A DNA stretch of 64,000 bases, taken from positions 6,634,001 to 6,698,000 of the forward strand of contig OY986946.1 in assembly GCA_963920595.1 (NCBI GenBank), given 5' to 3'. This document shows positions 40,300 through 53,300 of the stretch, piece after piece. Source of the DNA: Eimeria praecox (taxonomy: Eukaryota). Under the pieces are notes generated by a model. It ran no database searches, was not told where the DNA came from, and worked only from the letters and a program-made list of their open reading frames with translations. The translations under genes were made by a program, and so were the position numbers. Within the stretch, counting starts at the first letter, position 1; each line of letters opens with the position of its first letter.

Positions 40300-42620
40300 C
40301 TACAATACTAGCGCATGCAGAAAAGGGGCATTGGCTTTGCGTGTAGCTTGGGTTGCATTGCTGCACTAACTGCAGCAGGCTGCGTTACAGCCGTTGGCAG
40401 GCCTACCTGCGTCATCACCAGTACAGGCCCTTGGGCAGCACTGCCCAGGATGCTTGGATAGGGGTTGCGTTTTTTGAACGCCTCCGTTAAGCCTTCGATT
40501 CTATTGCAGCTCACGACAGTCCTATGCTAAAGTCGAGGACTCGTTAGCGCAGTTTTGCTCTCAACACTTGATCCTTAGAGGAATATCCCTGATAGTTTGG
40601 CGTACCCCATTAAAGGTGTCCATTCACGTTGATATGCTAAGGGGTTTTTTTATACCTGCCTAAAATGAGCAGTCTCCGTGGGTAGCTAAGTGCTACTTGC
40701 CAGCTGATGTAGCAACAATCTTCGATATTAGCAGAGGACAGTATTTGAACTGCATTCAAACGAGAAACTTGAAACAGGAGTTCCCAAAACCCGGTGCCCT
40801 CCGGCACATTTGCCACAGGGACCCAAGGGCTTGGGGCTGGTGCCCATAGGGTTGCGGTATGCCATCAGTTGCAGCACTCTTCGCTACAACTCCTGATTTA
40901 GCTCCGCTATACGTGCACGCATACAGATCCCACCCTTTGATGGGTGAATTAACAGTGTAACCAATTGTCAAGTCCTCACTATTTCGTCAGTAGACTGCCA
41001 GCACACAGGCAGAAGTACGCGTACGAGCTGCACACGGACCCTGCAAGGTCGTCATCCCCGTTTTCTCTCCATACAGCGAAAGCCCTCATATTCCTGGTGA
41101 CCCAGCAAGGAATGAGTGGGCTGAGGAGAGGGAGCCTGACACTCCAACCGCTGCTGCTGCGCATGCTGTCTCGGTTGATCCTTTTGTTCCCCTGGCTACA
41201 TGGTGCTGCTGCATCGCCTTCCTGTGACTTCGTCTGTTGTTGCTCCTGCTATTGCCAGTCGCATTGCTTATGGTATTGCTGCTGTTATTTCTGCTGCGTC
41301 TGTGGATGGAAGCTGCAAGAGTGTTCTTAGTTTGTTCTCCTCCCTTTCCTCCCTTTTGCTCTCTTTCCGTCTCTTCTTTCAAAAGATGCTTCTCGTTGCC
41401 CCTTCGATTGCGGGGATTCTCTCAACCCTTATCGCAGTTGCAAGCAGCAGCGTCCTCCTTGGGGAAAGGTGAGAGCGTTAGCAGGTTTCATCTTGCAACT
41501 TTGTTCAGGATATCTGAGTCTCCAGCCCCTTCGGTAGACTCTACAGTAGGAAGTCATAGAAAGGAACTCGAGACTCCCCTTTGCTCACACAGGATAGCGA
41601 CGAAGCCGCAACAGCAGCATCACCCCAGTAGCATCATGTGCAAGCATTACAACGAGCAGTGAATTGGGGGCTCCTCTACAGCTAGGCGTGCAGGAACATC
41701 CGCGTCAGCCAGCAGTAGCCGCATCAGTAGCAGTAGCGGCACCTGCTGGAAATGAGCAGCGGCGGCCTATATTAGTGCATCACACTTTAGGTAGTGAAGT
41801 GAAGATAGACCGTTCCTCTGCAAATCTGGGTGAGCTTCTGCAACAAGAAATGAAGAGAGAGGTGCAGTATCCAGAGGCGCAGCAGTCTGGGCAGAAGGAG
41901 CACCAACACATGCTCCAACAGCAGCAGCAAGCGCAGCGGGAGCTGCAAGGATGCAGCTGCTGCAGCAGGAAGAAGAGTCGTCACCATTATCAAATGTAGA
42001 ATTCCCCATCACCGCAGGAACTGCTGTAGCAGTTTGTTGCCGCAGCGGCAGACGGTCTCGTTGTTGTCTCCATGACATCAACTGACCCAACGCTTTGCAT
42101 GGGGCGTGCAAGAATCAAAAAAGAGAAGCTGCAGTAGCAGAATCCCCTAGCCCCTTTCAGTAGCTTTTGTTTTCTTTCCCTTGCTAAGACTCTGGCTACT
42201 CTCCTACACCCATTGCTTCTCTTTGCTCCACCTGTATGTATATTTCTACTTGAGTTAAAGCTGGCTTCTTAGGGTCACGGAAGCGTTTTACAAATGCCTG
42301 CCGTATTAGAGCATACATCAAAAGGAGGGTGGAGCGCTCTTGCATTTGGGGTTGATTGTAGCAGGAGTGTACACCAGGGGTCCCTGCAACTCATGCACTG
42401 TATGCCACCTCCGCACTGCACCAGTCCAGAGCTTTGTCTTGGTGTAGAAAGGATGCCTGAGGTCTGGGGGGAGAACAATTGCTTTCCGAAATGCTTATTT
42501 CAAGTCTTTTGCTCTGTTGCAACTCCCGAATGGCCTCGCCTAAGGCTAATGAATCTCCTTGCAGTAGATATTTTTCTGGATTGGGCAATCGTGTAGCAGT
42601 CAGACTCCAACAATGCATTT
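40300..42620 (-). pseudogene. Possible decayed protein-coding gene
   Basis: Protein-like minus-strand frames with eroded CAG tracts, broken by isolated stops and apparent frameshifts (e.g. LPTVESTEGAGDSDILNKVAR*NLLTLSPFPKEDAAACNCDKG*ENPRNRRGNEKHLLKEE). No family recognised. Confidence 0.3.
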
Positions 42621-43393
42621 CTGGCTGCCAAAATTTTTAGTATTTTTGTGGAGGCATGCTTGGTATTTATATTGGGACTTTCGTCACAAAATACCCCCCA
42701 ATTGTAGTGCGCTGAGCCCAGCTCGAGACCTATATTTGTCCGTGAGGCCGGCTTCTTCACTGCAGGCTTCTTATTAACCTGCCCCTACTTGCTATATAAC
42801 ACCTAAATTTGACTCATTATTAAAACGGTCCTGTAGGGTTCAGTGGGTCCGTAGAAAAGAACGGTCCACTTCCCTGCAGGGCTGTCTGTGCAGGCTGTAA
42901 GAAACGCTATTACGTGCTACTAGCTGCAGGTACACACTGAGCCGCTAAGAACTAGATGATATCAGAAAACCTTATTGGCTTTTATTATACTACGCTAATT
43001 ACTTATTAAAATCAAAGTTATGCTCTAAATGCGTTCTAGCTGCTCCGTTCGGTTGGCTGCCGCAGCTCATACGCACCATTGCAGTGTCCGGCGGTACTAG
43101 TCCACAACAGCATCGCTGGAGGGGCCCCCGACACACAATATGCCCCATCCCCTGAATGGTGGGTGTGTGTGAACCCGAAAACTCCTTTTTAAAATTAGAA
43201 CGATTGATTGAGCAGACTTCTTCAAGGAAGACACTGAACAACAGGCTTGTAGCGACCCATTTGCGTAGTGTGCCGAGTCTTGTCGGCCGAGCCTCGGTGC
43301 CGTGGAAGGCCTTATCTCGTGTAGCGGCTCTTCTGCTTCAAAGCACAGCCATGTCTATGGATTCAGGAGGTATAAATCATTGCAGCTTCTAGG

Positions 43394-46300
43394 ATGTCAA
43401 GACTTCTTCGAGGAGTCGTGGCGTTACTGGGGGCTGGGCTCATCTATTCTCCCGCTGTGGCCGAGACTCGTCATCCCAAGACCCTGGTGCTACAAGGCAT
43501 CAACGGTGCGTCAATCTGTCTCAGAATCTGTTCACTTAAAAGGGAAATAAAACCCTTTGGTCGGGTTGGACTATACCCAACGAGCACGCAAGTGTCACCA
43601 TACCCTCCCCGAGTGGCTAAAGACCGTCCTCTGAAAGATCGAAATGGAGCCAGCTTTCCGAGACAAGCATCAGACGTCCTGGGGAAATGAGAGCCTTTGG
43701 TTGTCCTTGTTTTTGCGCCTCAGATGCTTACAGTGACCCAAGTGACCCACAAGTGCGCGAAAACCCCAGCATCTTCCTCCTTGCAGTGGAGTGGTAGCTG
43801 AGAAGCATGAAGCAACGCGTGCATAGTAATAATACTATGCAATAAAAATTCTCAGACTTTCCGACTCTGTGCGAATTACGCCCTGCCTTTAGGTAACGCC
43901 ACAAGAGGAGGCGCTTACGCCTCCATTTTCCAAAGTAAGCTCATGTTGTCTTCTCCCTGCCTCTAACAAATGGAACTGCATGACTTGCGAATGAGTACTA
44001 ATAACCAAAAGAACTGCGCCCAGTGTTTGTTTGCGTATTTCCTCTGCTTTTGACTTGTCGCAGGTTGGCTTCAGTCTTTTGGTGAGCAGTGAATTGCGTG
44101 AGCTGTCGGGTGGCCTATGCATCGTGAGGGAATCCGTTCGCAAAACTACACAAGGTGATGCGCAGTGCCGGTGTGTGCTGTTCTTCCGCTCTCGCAGTAC
44201 CCGACACTGTCGCCCAACGAGCCTATTTTGGTAAGTCTGACACTCGCACCTACACTAAAGTAGAGTGCTGTTCTGTGGCGACAGTTGCATGCATTTTGTC
44301 TGGTTAGAGAATAATGCAAGCACGTCTCGTCAACTCCTTACGCATTAGGCTCACTGTGCACTGCATTTCAGCTTCCTGAAGACCTTGCCGCTCGAGATGA
44401 AGCCAGACCGGCGGTAAGGCTCCTTTTGTAGCCGTGGTTCCTTATTCCTCGCAGAGACGGTAACCACAGCTGAGTTCATGCAGGTGTGTTATACTGCACG
44501 GATGCTCCTAATGTGTCCCGATGCCTGCGCCCTAACTCTTCCCGTTTGTCCGTTCTCTGGTGTGTGCACGCCTGCTGCAGCCAAGACGTGGCCCTCAGGT
44601 TAGTCTGCAACATTTGTATTTTTTCCTTTTCCCTGAATACGGCAATTTCATCATGGGCTTCTTGCTTCTGGGCTTGTAGCGTTGCTGCACAATAGACTGT
44701 CATTGCTTTCTCTGAAAGCGACGTACCTTTCGTTGTGCAAGACGCGCAAGCATGGCCGGTGTTTCAGCTCACTAGACCTGCCTTTTTCATATGTTTTGTC
44801 CCCAGAGCACCTTTTTAAGGCTCCCCCCGCGTGTTACGGTAAGCAAGCTGATTTTACGCCTTAGCTGACTTCGCAGCGTCCTGTTAATGGCTGATTTGTT
44901 TGGCTTCCGATCAGGAGGCGTAGGATATGGGTTCGGCTTTAGGGTGTCTTTTGTGCGAGCGCAGCTATCTCAAGTGTACAAAGTGCACGTTGTTTCGGAT
45001 TGCTTAATGGGCCGCTGTTCTTTTCGGCCAGTGAACGTGTACATTCAGCCGACCAACTGGTTTGTAGACCCTGACAAGGCGTCATTGCAGTCTTTGGCAA
45101 CAGCGCTTAAGACGCATGCACTGCGTTTACTGAGAATGAGGGAGAAAGCAGCCAGGCTTCATCGAAATCTTCTTATTCGCAAGCCTACGTCATGGCTATC
45201 TCGCATGAAGGCTCGGCTAACTGCGGAACTGGGCGCCGTCTGTTTCATGCAACCAGCAGCCAGTCAGCAGCGACGCGGAACAGAGACCGTGCGGCTGTTG
45301 AGAGTCCACAAGCAAGCAAAGCTAAACAGCTTGTTTGATAGCAATCAAAAGGACCAGGTTTTTACTGCCTCTGGCGGCACCATTCCGCTGGATGCACAAA
45401 TCATTGGCCTCGAAGAAGCAGTGGCCAACGAGGAAGAATACCGTAAAGCATCGGAACAAGCCCCTCAGAATGTATTTGGCCTCTGCAGAAAACCGGTGAG
45501 CGTTTGTCTTTGCCGTCTAACCACTCCAGAAGCACGTTCTTCGTATGTGTCTCTGGAAATGCCTTGCCTCATTTCATGTGCAATGGGCGTGGCTCTTAGT
45601 GATATTGTCTACTGTTGTGTGCAGCGCAGTACCATGCTGCGACGCCTGGCGGATAAGGGATTCGTGTTGTGCACTGTCGTGCTGAAGAATGGCCAGCACT
45701 TCGTTGATCGATGCAAGGTAATCCAAACGAAAATATTTTGCACGTTCTGTGCAGTAGTCCTGCAGAAGTCCTTTTACAGCATCACGTAGACTGGAACCTT
45801 CTGGATTTGCTATGCTTGTGTACCTGCTGAACTCCAGTCATGAAACCAAGCCTGTAATAGATCTTGTGCTGTTTCATTCCCGGTTGGCTGCAACCCTGTC
45901 GCTTGTTCGCTTGTTCAGGACCTGCCCGTTGATGACATCCACACTATGCAGGCTGTGGACAAGCTCCATAGAAGCCTGAACGACCCTTCTTTGCCCGTGC
46001 GTTCAAACTAGCCCCGAGGACTATTGAGAAACCACCAAGACCCTCCCTGAAGCGCCGTTACAAGTTAGTAGTTCCTAATGATTTGGAAAAATTAATCTTC
46101 GTAGCTGTGTCTCTACGTCGGTGTGCAGATGCTCGGGTATGTACCAATGAGCCTTCCGCCGGAGACTGCTGAGGTACGACAGACAGCCAAAAGCAGCTCA
46201 CTCGAATTCAAAAGCAAACCCGCACTTGAGCCTTTTCACAGATTCCCTGTTGCTCTCCACATTCGTGCTGCCGGGAATTTCCCCGGAATTGTGGAAACAA

Positions 46301-48335
46301 AGGTATAGAAGAAAAGGCGCGGACTATTGCAATAGAAAAAGAGCGCCTAGACAGCTTCGCCCCTATGTTGCTTCTTCATTCACTTGAGTGTCTGCTGCAG
46401 AGCACCTCGGGGAGGTTGTAAGTCCCATTCTTATGTTCATTTATTTCTCATGCATAGCTGTTCGTTTGCTTTCGTGACTCCGTGCAGACTCTTTCCGCTG
46501 TGCTGAGGGATCTGAGCCGAGCAGTGCCTCCTATCACCTTCGAGGAGGTATGAAATTTCAACTCACTACAGACTAAAGAATATACCGAGCCATGCCAGTA
46601 GCCTAGTACACGTGTAACAGCTTTCGATCAGCATTATCGGAGTCGATAGTACCCTCGAAATGCCGCAATGTGACGCGTTTATACCGTTATTGTTTTGAGT
46701 CATCTGTAGGCCTCTGTTGAAGCCTGTGTTGCCCACATCTCCCGGGAGCTCCAGGAGATAGAGGATTTGCATGTTTGGGAGCTGTGGAGGACAGCCGAAA
46801 TGGGCAAGGCGATCACCTCTGAGATGGTGCTGAGATCCATGGTTAAGTTTGCACACTTTACTGTTAGGGAAATCGCACCGAATACCTCTCCCGAGTACCG
46901 GCTGTCGCTACTAAAGCTTACAAACAAGTGGAGTAGGACAACCGAACTCTTGCGAAAATTCAATGAGGCCGTCGCCTCCTGTTCAGACCCAACAGTCCGG
47001 CAGATATACTTCCCGCAGTATGAAAGTAAAAAGCTTCCCCTTCCCAATGAGTCGATAAATGACCTCCCGTTCCAAATTTCAAGGATTCTGAGTGTAGAGA
47101 TCCCTCCTGTTCACAGGTTCGTCACCATCGAACCGTATTCGTGCGATAGTGTTTTCCATTGAGCGAGCTGTCGCACTTCTCATATGTTGATAGTGTATGC
47201 TTAAGAAGTCTTCTGAGAGCCTCCTCCTTATCGGTATTACAGCTTGAAGCCATCCACACTTGGTGTTCTCGGTAATAGCCCTAATTGTGTCCGTGTGGGT
47301 TGTTCAGGCTGTTGCTTGGAGGTGCATATCTGTTGTCACTCACTCTGAACCGTCGGGGCCTCGTTGAGGGAATCGGTAGAAAGGAAATATCTGACTTAGT
47401 TCAGAGGATCAGCAACCTGCTAATCGCTTTCGCCTCTAAGTACCTTCAACCAAAAGCTCTGGCAAGTTCCCTCCTGGATGCATTCGTTTCGCAGCAGACA
47501 CATATGAAATGCGGAGAGCGTAGCCACACTATCTGCTTTGACGCCCAGCTTTTATTTGGGTTTAGGTACTCACAAACTCGAGGGATCTCCGGAGGTACAA
47601 AGCCTCTATGCCCATAGAATTATGCTCTCTATATATATGGACTCAAATGGGAATCAATATATAATAGAGCTGTTGAGCAGCGTCTGTTTTGTGCTTGCAG
47701 AACTATGTACGCAAATATGTGCAAGAAGTTGCTCTGGTGGCGGGCCGTATTTTGGACATTGCGCTGGACCCCGAAATTCAGTGGGAACTAGTCCGCATTC
47801 TCATGGTTGTTCCATTTTGGCTTTTTGCGTTTGGACGGTACTGCGGGCCAGCTGACAAGAATGCAGCTTTTGAGTTAGGTTACGGGCTGTGTCCCTTCCA
47901 CTTGCTGAACTTTGTAAGTTGTCTAAAACAAACTCACATAACCGGAGGAACATCAGACAGAAGGGGAAATAGCGATGTGAAATGGCTATTAACGAGAGCT
48001 TCCAGGGTGTGCAGCATCTGCTTTTGACATGAGCTTTCCTCACATGATGCATGATGCTGGGGCTCTACGGCTGTGCGAGGCGCCGCATTTTCTGTTTTTT
48101 CTTTCAGTTCGTTAAAGATGCAACTGCGGCGTCTATGGAGCAGCCGGGACTGCAAAATTGGGCTAAACAGTCTATCAGCAAACTGGTTAGGCGAATTGAA
48201 GCGGAGACACTCCCAGACAAGGCTAAAGAGCATGCCAATGTGTTTCTCGAACAGCACATGCAAAATTTGCCACATCTGCGCCCCGATTTGTTCCGAAGAC
48301 AAGACGGGAAAGTGTTCAAGGCCTCTGTTTTCTAG
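43394..48335 (+). CDS. Predicted secreted protein of unknown function, ~689 aa, 17 exons: 43394-43505, 43724-43752, 43893-43934, 44064-44081, 44198-44230, 44372-44413, 44581-44598, 44806-44838, 45049-45495, 45625-45717, 45919-45996, 46129-46173, 46488-46547, 46710-47134, 47308-47461, 47701-47913, 48108-48335
   Basis: Signal-peptide-like MSRLLRGVVALLGAGLIYSPAVA. All exons join in phase into a 2,070-nt ORF with mostly strong donors (GTAAG, GTGAG, GTGCG) and one GC donor at 47462. The C-terminal part reads as globular and helical. Confidence 0.7.
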
Positions 48336-50320
48336 GCATAGCATAGCCAACACCTCGCAGTATTAGTATATGCTACATAAAACTTTTGAGCATCTCGCCA
48401 CCTGTGTGACGGTAAACGTCTTGAAACGACTGCGCAACATGCATACTGCAGCCGCTGAAAGGCAAAAAAGACAGGCTCCTCCAAGATGGGGATCTCATCA
48501 GCGCGCAAACTTTCAGGTGGAGGTGATGATGCGTCGGCATTGCAGTTTGTGCCATTGAACGTAAATATTTATTAATTTTGTTCCTTACGTGCTACTGATA
48601 TATTTAATGCTCTGAAAGCGCGCGGCGGCTGTTTTGCACCGTGCTAAAATGGATAGATGAGTAGCTGCCTTCCACCTTCAACTTCAAATCGTTTTGAATT
48701 TTCCATTTATAATGCTTAATTACTTGGACACAAGTTGGGACAGTCTGGCTAAATTATATGAGCAACAAGCAGTGCACGACACCACACGCCGCAGAAGCAT
48801 GTGCTAAAGCATAGTGCCAACCATCAGACAGCACCAGAGCCAGCGAGCCTCACCATTCGGGGTTCTCCAATTTTGTAAAAATCAGAGTGAGAGGCGTATA
48901 ACACAATATTAATGCTCATGCTTACACATCCTTCAGTCGCCTGACCCCTCAGTTGCTTGCCAGTGCTAGGGCTGCTAGAAGAAACATTCTGCCTCCTGAG
49001 TTCAACAAATCACCCACAACGATGCAGGAGGCTTTGAAGCGTTTAGGGCCTTCCGATTTGCACACAACTGGATCTGATGCTGCTGTAACCGGAAGCAGAC
49101 CGGCCTGCTGGCCTGCTGCCCGCCTGAAGTTGCCACAGTACGTGCAGGCTGGCTTCTGTGCGCCAGAGTGTCTAATAAGTTTCTACAATGTTAATTCAAG
49201 CATAAAGAGGTGATTTGGAAGTTCTTGCACATGGGGCGTCCTTGCAGCAAGTGCTGCAGGAAGGAACGCTACGTCCCATGGCAAGCCGAATCCTCTCCGA
49301 TGGAGCTGCAGGCCCTTGTGCCCCTGTACTTAAATAATCTGAGAATGTAATGGTGGTCAGGTGCTTTGTGGCTTTTCTTATTAAACATAAGAAACACCAC
49401 AGAGTAGATCACTGTGCAAAGCTCTACCGCAGCTCACCACAGTCATCCGCTGTGGCATCGTGCGCAAATCACATTCAAGTGCCTACCGAATGCTACGCTC
49501 TAGAGGTACAGCTTAGGCAACATTTGCTGAAAGTACAAGGAGGAACCGGCAGCTACAATGGGGCTGCTAATGCAGGAAGAGCCACAATTTTTGGACCCGT
49601 CTTCCCAGTTACCCCTGAGCCGCAGACAGGCCAAAAAGGGTAAAGGCAATAGGCAGTTTACCCTCATTGGGACCAACTTCACTAGGCAATTCTCTATGGC
49701 ACATAGGGACGCCCGTGATACCGCAAACGAATCTAATGATAACGCAAGTTGTCGTACTAACTCTGCGAAGGTTGATGTGCTCTAAACGCGTGTCTTCAAG
49801 GTCTAGGAAGCTAACCTCTCTAGTACTGCCATTGCTCCTAGTAGGATAATAAGGCCTCACAATTTATTGCAAACGCTGAGCACAGAAAAATATGAACCTA
49901 AACGCCTTCTAAGGTACACTGTGTTGAGCATAATTGGGGCTGTGTTGAGGGGGGGCCCCACCCCACTGTTTGGGAGCGTGGAGTCGAAGGATTACCCTTT
50001 TGCGCCTTGATCCATATTTAATCTCCTTCATCTTACTTGCTGGCAATAAAAATAAGAGGGGATACTCGCAGCTCCACATAGGGCTATATGCGGGTTTAGG
50101 GGTCACTGCGTTGTGTTGAAACGATTGCGTTCACGAACGACGCAGGAGGCATTTGAGCGGTCTTTCCCCTCCTTGGCCTGCTTCTGTTTCTCTCATTGAG
50201 CATTAAACTCAATATTTCATCTTTTAGAAAACTGAAAACGGCTCCAACCTCATATAGAGACCGCGCTAGCCGCCGTTGGCTGCTTCCCTCGGTCGTCTTT
50301 GTTGAGAACTAAGAATAACG

Positions 50321-53300
50321 ATGCCGCAAATGTCTATTCCAGCCGGTCAGAGCAACGACGCCATGAAAGAGGCAAGCCTTACCTTAACCTCTTCTCAGGC
50401 AGAGGCGGCGTGTACTAGTGTCGCGTATTGTCTGGAGAGCACATCTGGGTGCAGAGGTGTACAGCGAAGTCATCTAGCTGCAATTCCATGCACCTACGTG
50501 TACGATTGTGTTTCTTCATTAAAATGTGCTTGTGCACATGCAGTGGTATGCCTATGACACAACAGCGTGTGTTGCTTCGCTCGGTTGCGTATGCGCCCAC
50601 TGGCTACACTGCAACGGAGAGGGGGCTGTGACTGTCGCTGCTTGGTTGCTGCATCTGCAGGTCTTGGAACAGCTTCAGTCGCCGGATAGTGCTGTCCGCA
50701 GCGCCGCTGAGGACTTGCTGAGCAAGTCTCCCCTGCAGCAGGTGTTGCCGGCATTGGCGGCTGCTGCCTCTGCTTCAGAGGGGGAGACATGCAGCAGGCA
50801 GCTGGCGGCCGTCTTGGTCCGACGGTATGCACATAGCAGGTTGAAAGATATGAAAGACGGCCCGGAGCAGAAGCAGCAACTCATAGAACTTGTCATGCAG
50901 AGCCTCGTAGCGGCGTTCTCAACAGGCGGTCCCTTCTCCGTGCGAAAAGCAGCAGCTGAGGCTATCGGAGAGCTGTGGCAGCATCTACCGTCTACAGGTG
51001 CTTCTGTGCTATTTTATGCTCACACATAAGAGAAGCTTAGAGTTTTACATTTGCCTGAGGAAAATCATAGTCATTTCCAACCAGACGTCCGCTGCGTCCT
51101 CTTCTGCGCAGCAACTGTCAGCCAGACAGCCCCATTTGGGTTAATCACGGGCTGGCTTGACGCCCAACAGGTGCAGGGACATTCATCAGAAGAAGAGTGC
51201 CTTTTGTGGCTGCTGGTCGAACGACTGGCGGATATCGCTGAGCCTGAGGTGTATGTACAGCGGACTCCCCAACTCGTCCAGAGATTGAATCTAACATTCC
51301 AGCAGCTAGATGTGAAGGTCAGTGGACTATTTTTCCTGAATTTGGTAGCCTTGACAAGAGAGATGCACGCATACAGAAAGATAGGCTGCGGGGACGCAGA
51401 TAAGCCGAAACATATAGACAAGTACAAGCCCCCAAACAGACCCAGTCCTCTCTAGTTTGCTATTGTTGGGGCCGGGTGCATCTCCAAGCCTGGCGGGGCT
51501 TGTTTGTGCGTACTGTTTAGAAAGCGGCGGCTGGAGAGGAGGCACTGGAGACGTTGTTTGTTCGGTAGGCGTCTAGTTTTGGGGTTGTGTGCCTCTCAGT
51601 TTGCGCAGTACATGCGTTCTGGCCATCGTATGTTTGTTTTGCCTGTCTGGTTTGAAGCTCCTTTCCTCTTTTTCTGTAGTGAAGTGCCATAGTGACTCGG
51701 CTTCTTGCGAGAGGCGCATTTGTTTTGCAGCATGTGCCGCTGGAAGGCGGAAGGGACACAGGCTAAGGAGGCGAAGAAGACAGCGACAGCGGCCTACTGT
51801 TCGTTGTGTCCAGTGGTCCTGCAAATGGTCGCCCGGCAGCCCTCCCCTGAGCTTCTGGCTCCTCTCGTCTCTCTGGCCGAGAGGGGCCCCCAGTTCTTCC
51901 GCGACCAGCATGCAGCGCTCCTGGGTACCGTTAAAACTATTCTAGCAAATTCCTCCACTGTAGAAGCAGAGGAAACGCGCCGGATGGCTCTGCAATTGGC
52001 TGCTGCTGCCTTCCTCGGTGCCCCCAAGTTCTCAAGAAAGGTTCGTGCTTCCCACGGGATCATGTCTATGCATATGTGGGAGACAGTGGCTTTCATCAGG
52101 CCAGTTTCGTTGGCTTGCTACAAAGGAGCTTTTGTGCGTCGTTTTCTCTTGCCTGGCAAGAGCCCATTCTGGCGAGGAGGGTTTGGGGTTCGAACCCATA
52201 GACTCACCGAGGGTCAGAGGGTCAGGGATTCGGGCTTCTCGAGTGTTCTGTGTGGCGGTGCAGCACATGCCGCTCGTGGACGACCTCCTGATGCTGCTGG
52301 CAGACGCAGCGGCGGCTTCTCCCAGCGATTGGGAAGACTTAACAACCTGGGAGGCGCAGGCACGAGAGGAGGAAACAGGAGAAGAAACCCTGCACAGTGT
52401 GGCCCTGCAGCTGATGGCAGACATCGCATCCATGCTATGCAGCAACTGCTCTTCGCAGGACCCAGGGGCAGATGGGGGCTCCGCAGAGGGAGGGGCCTCT
52501 TCGACCGGTGGGAACTGCTGCCCGTGTGCTGGCCTGAACGATGCCGCTGCTGCCAGCCGCATTATAGTTGCCTAAGCACTGGGCATCATATGTAAATCTA
52601 CAAGGGCATTTGTGGACAGCTTTCGCCGCTCTTCATATTCTGGGCAAATGTGCCGCAGGAGGCTTGCACGTCCTGGCGAAACTTATGAATATATTTTCGC
52701 TGCTGGTTGAACAAGAGGATCCCCGCTACTCCTACACCGCCCTCGAGTTGTTGGCTCTTTTGCTGGATGATGATAGCTGCAGGCCTCTCTTAGGGCCCTA
52801 CGTTGAGAAAGTATGCACGCACCTTATTGCTATTCCCTTGTGGCACCCTTGCCGTTGTTGCTGCTGCATTGCTGCTATTGCTGCTGCTGTACCTCCTGCT
52901 TTGTGGCAGAAACAGGGTGGAAGGGTCCTTGTGTGTGTTCAAAGCCCTTTCGTAAGTAAGGGCTTTGTATGCTGCTGTGGCTTGTCAAATTTGTCTCTTT
53001 GTCTTCAGCTGACATTGACCTGCATAGCGGCGCTGAAGGCTGCAGATGCCCGCCTGCGTTGGCAAGGCTTAAAGTGCTTGGGCTCCATGGTGGAGAGCGA
53101 AGAAAAGTGGACGCGGCAGATCCAGCAACAGCACGGCGAGCAACTGCTCTCCCTACTGTCTGAAAAGAGTGCTGTGGATCCTTCTGTCCGCTGCAGGAGA
53201 CAGGCACTCTTGGCTCTGGCCTCCTTCCTCTCGGGGCTGGCACCAGAGGAGGGGGAGGAGCCTTCTCCAGAGACCCTCGCTTTCGTAAGCCAGCACGGGC

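Noticed and set aside
39900..43300. Possible LTR retrotransposon remnant
   Set aside because: No RT, integrase, protease or chromodomain motifs and no LTR pair seen.
44457..44483. Additional 27-nt micro-exon candidate (TVTTAEFMQ)
   Set aside because: Needs a 43-nt intron and a GAG acceptor; left out of the model, though worth checking in cDNA.
48953..49785. Short plus-strand ORFs with some splice-like signals
   Set aside because: Could not build a phase-consistent model or recognise a domain.
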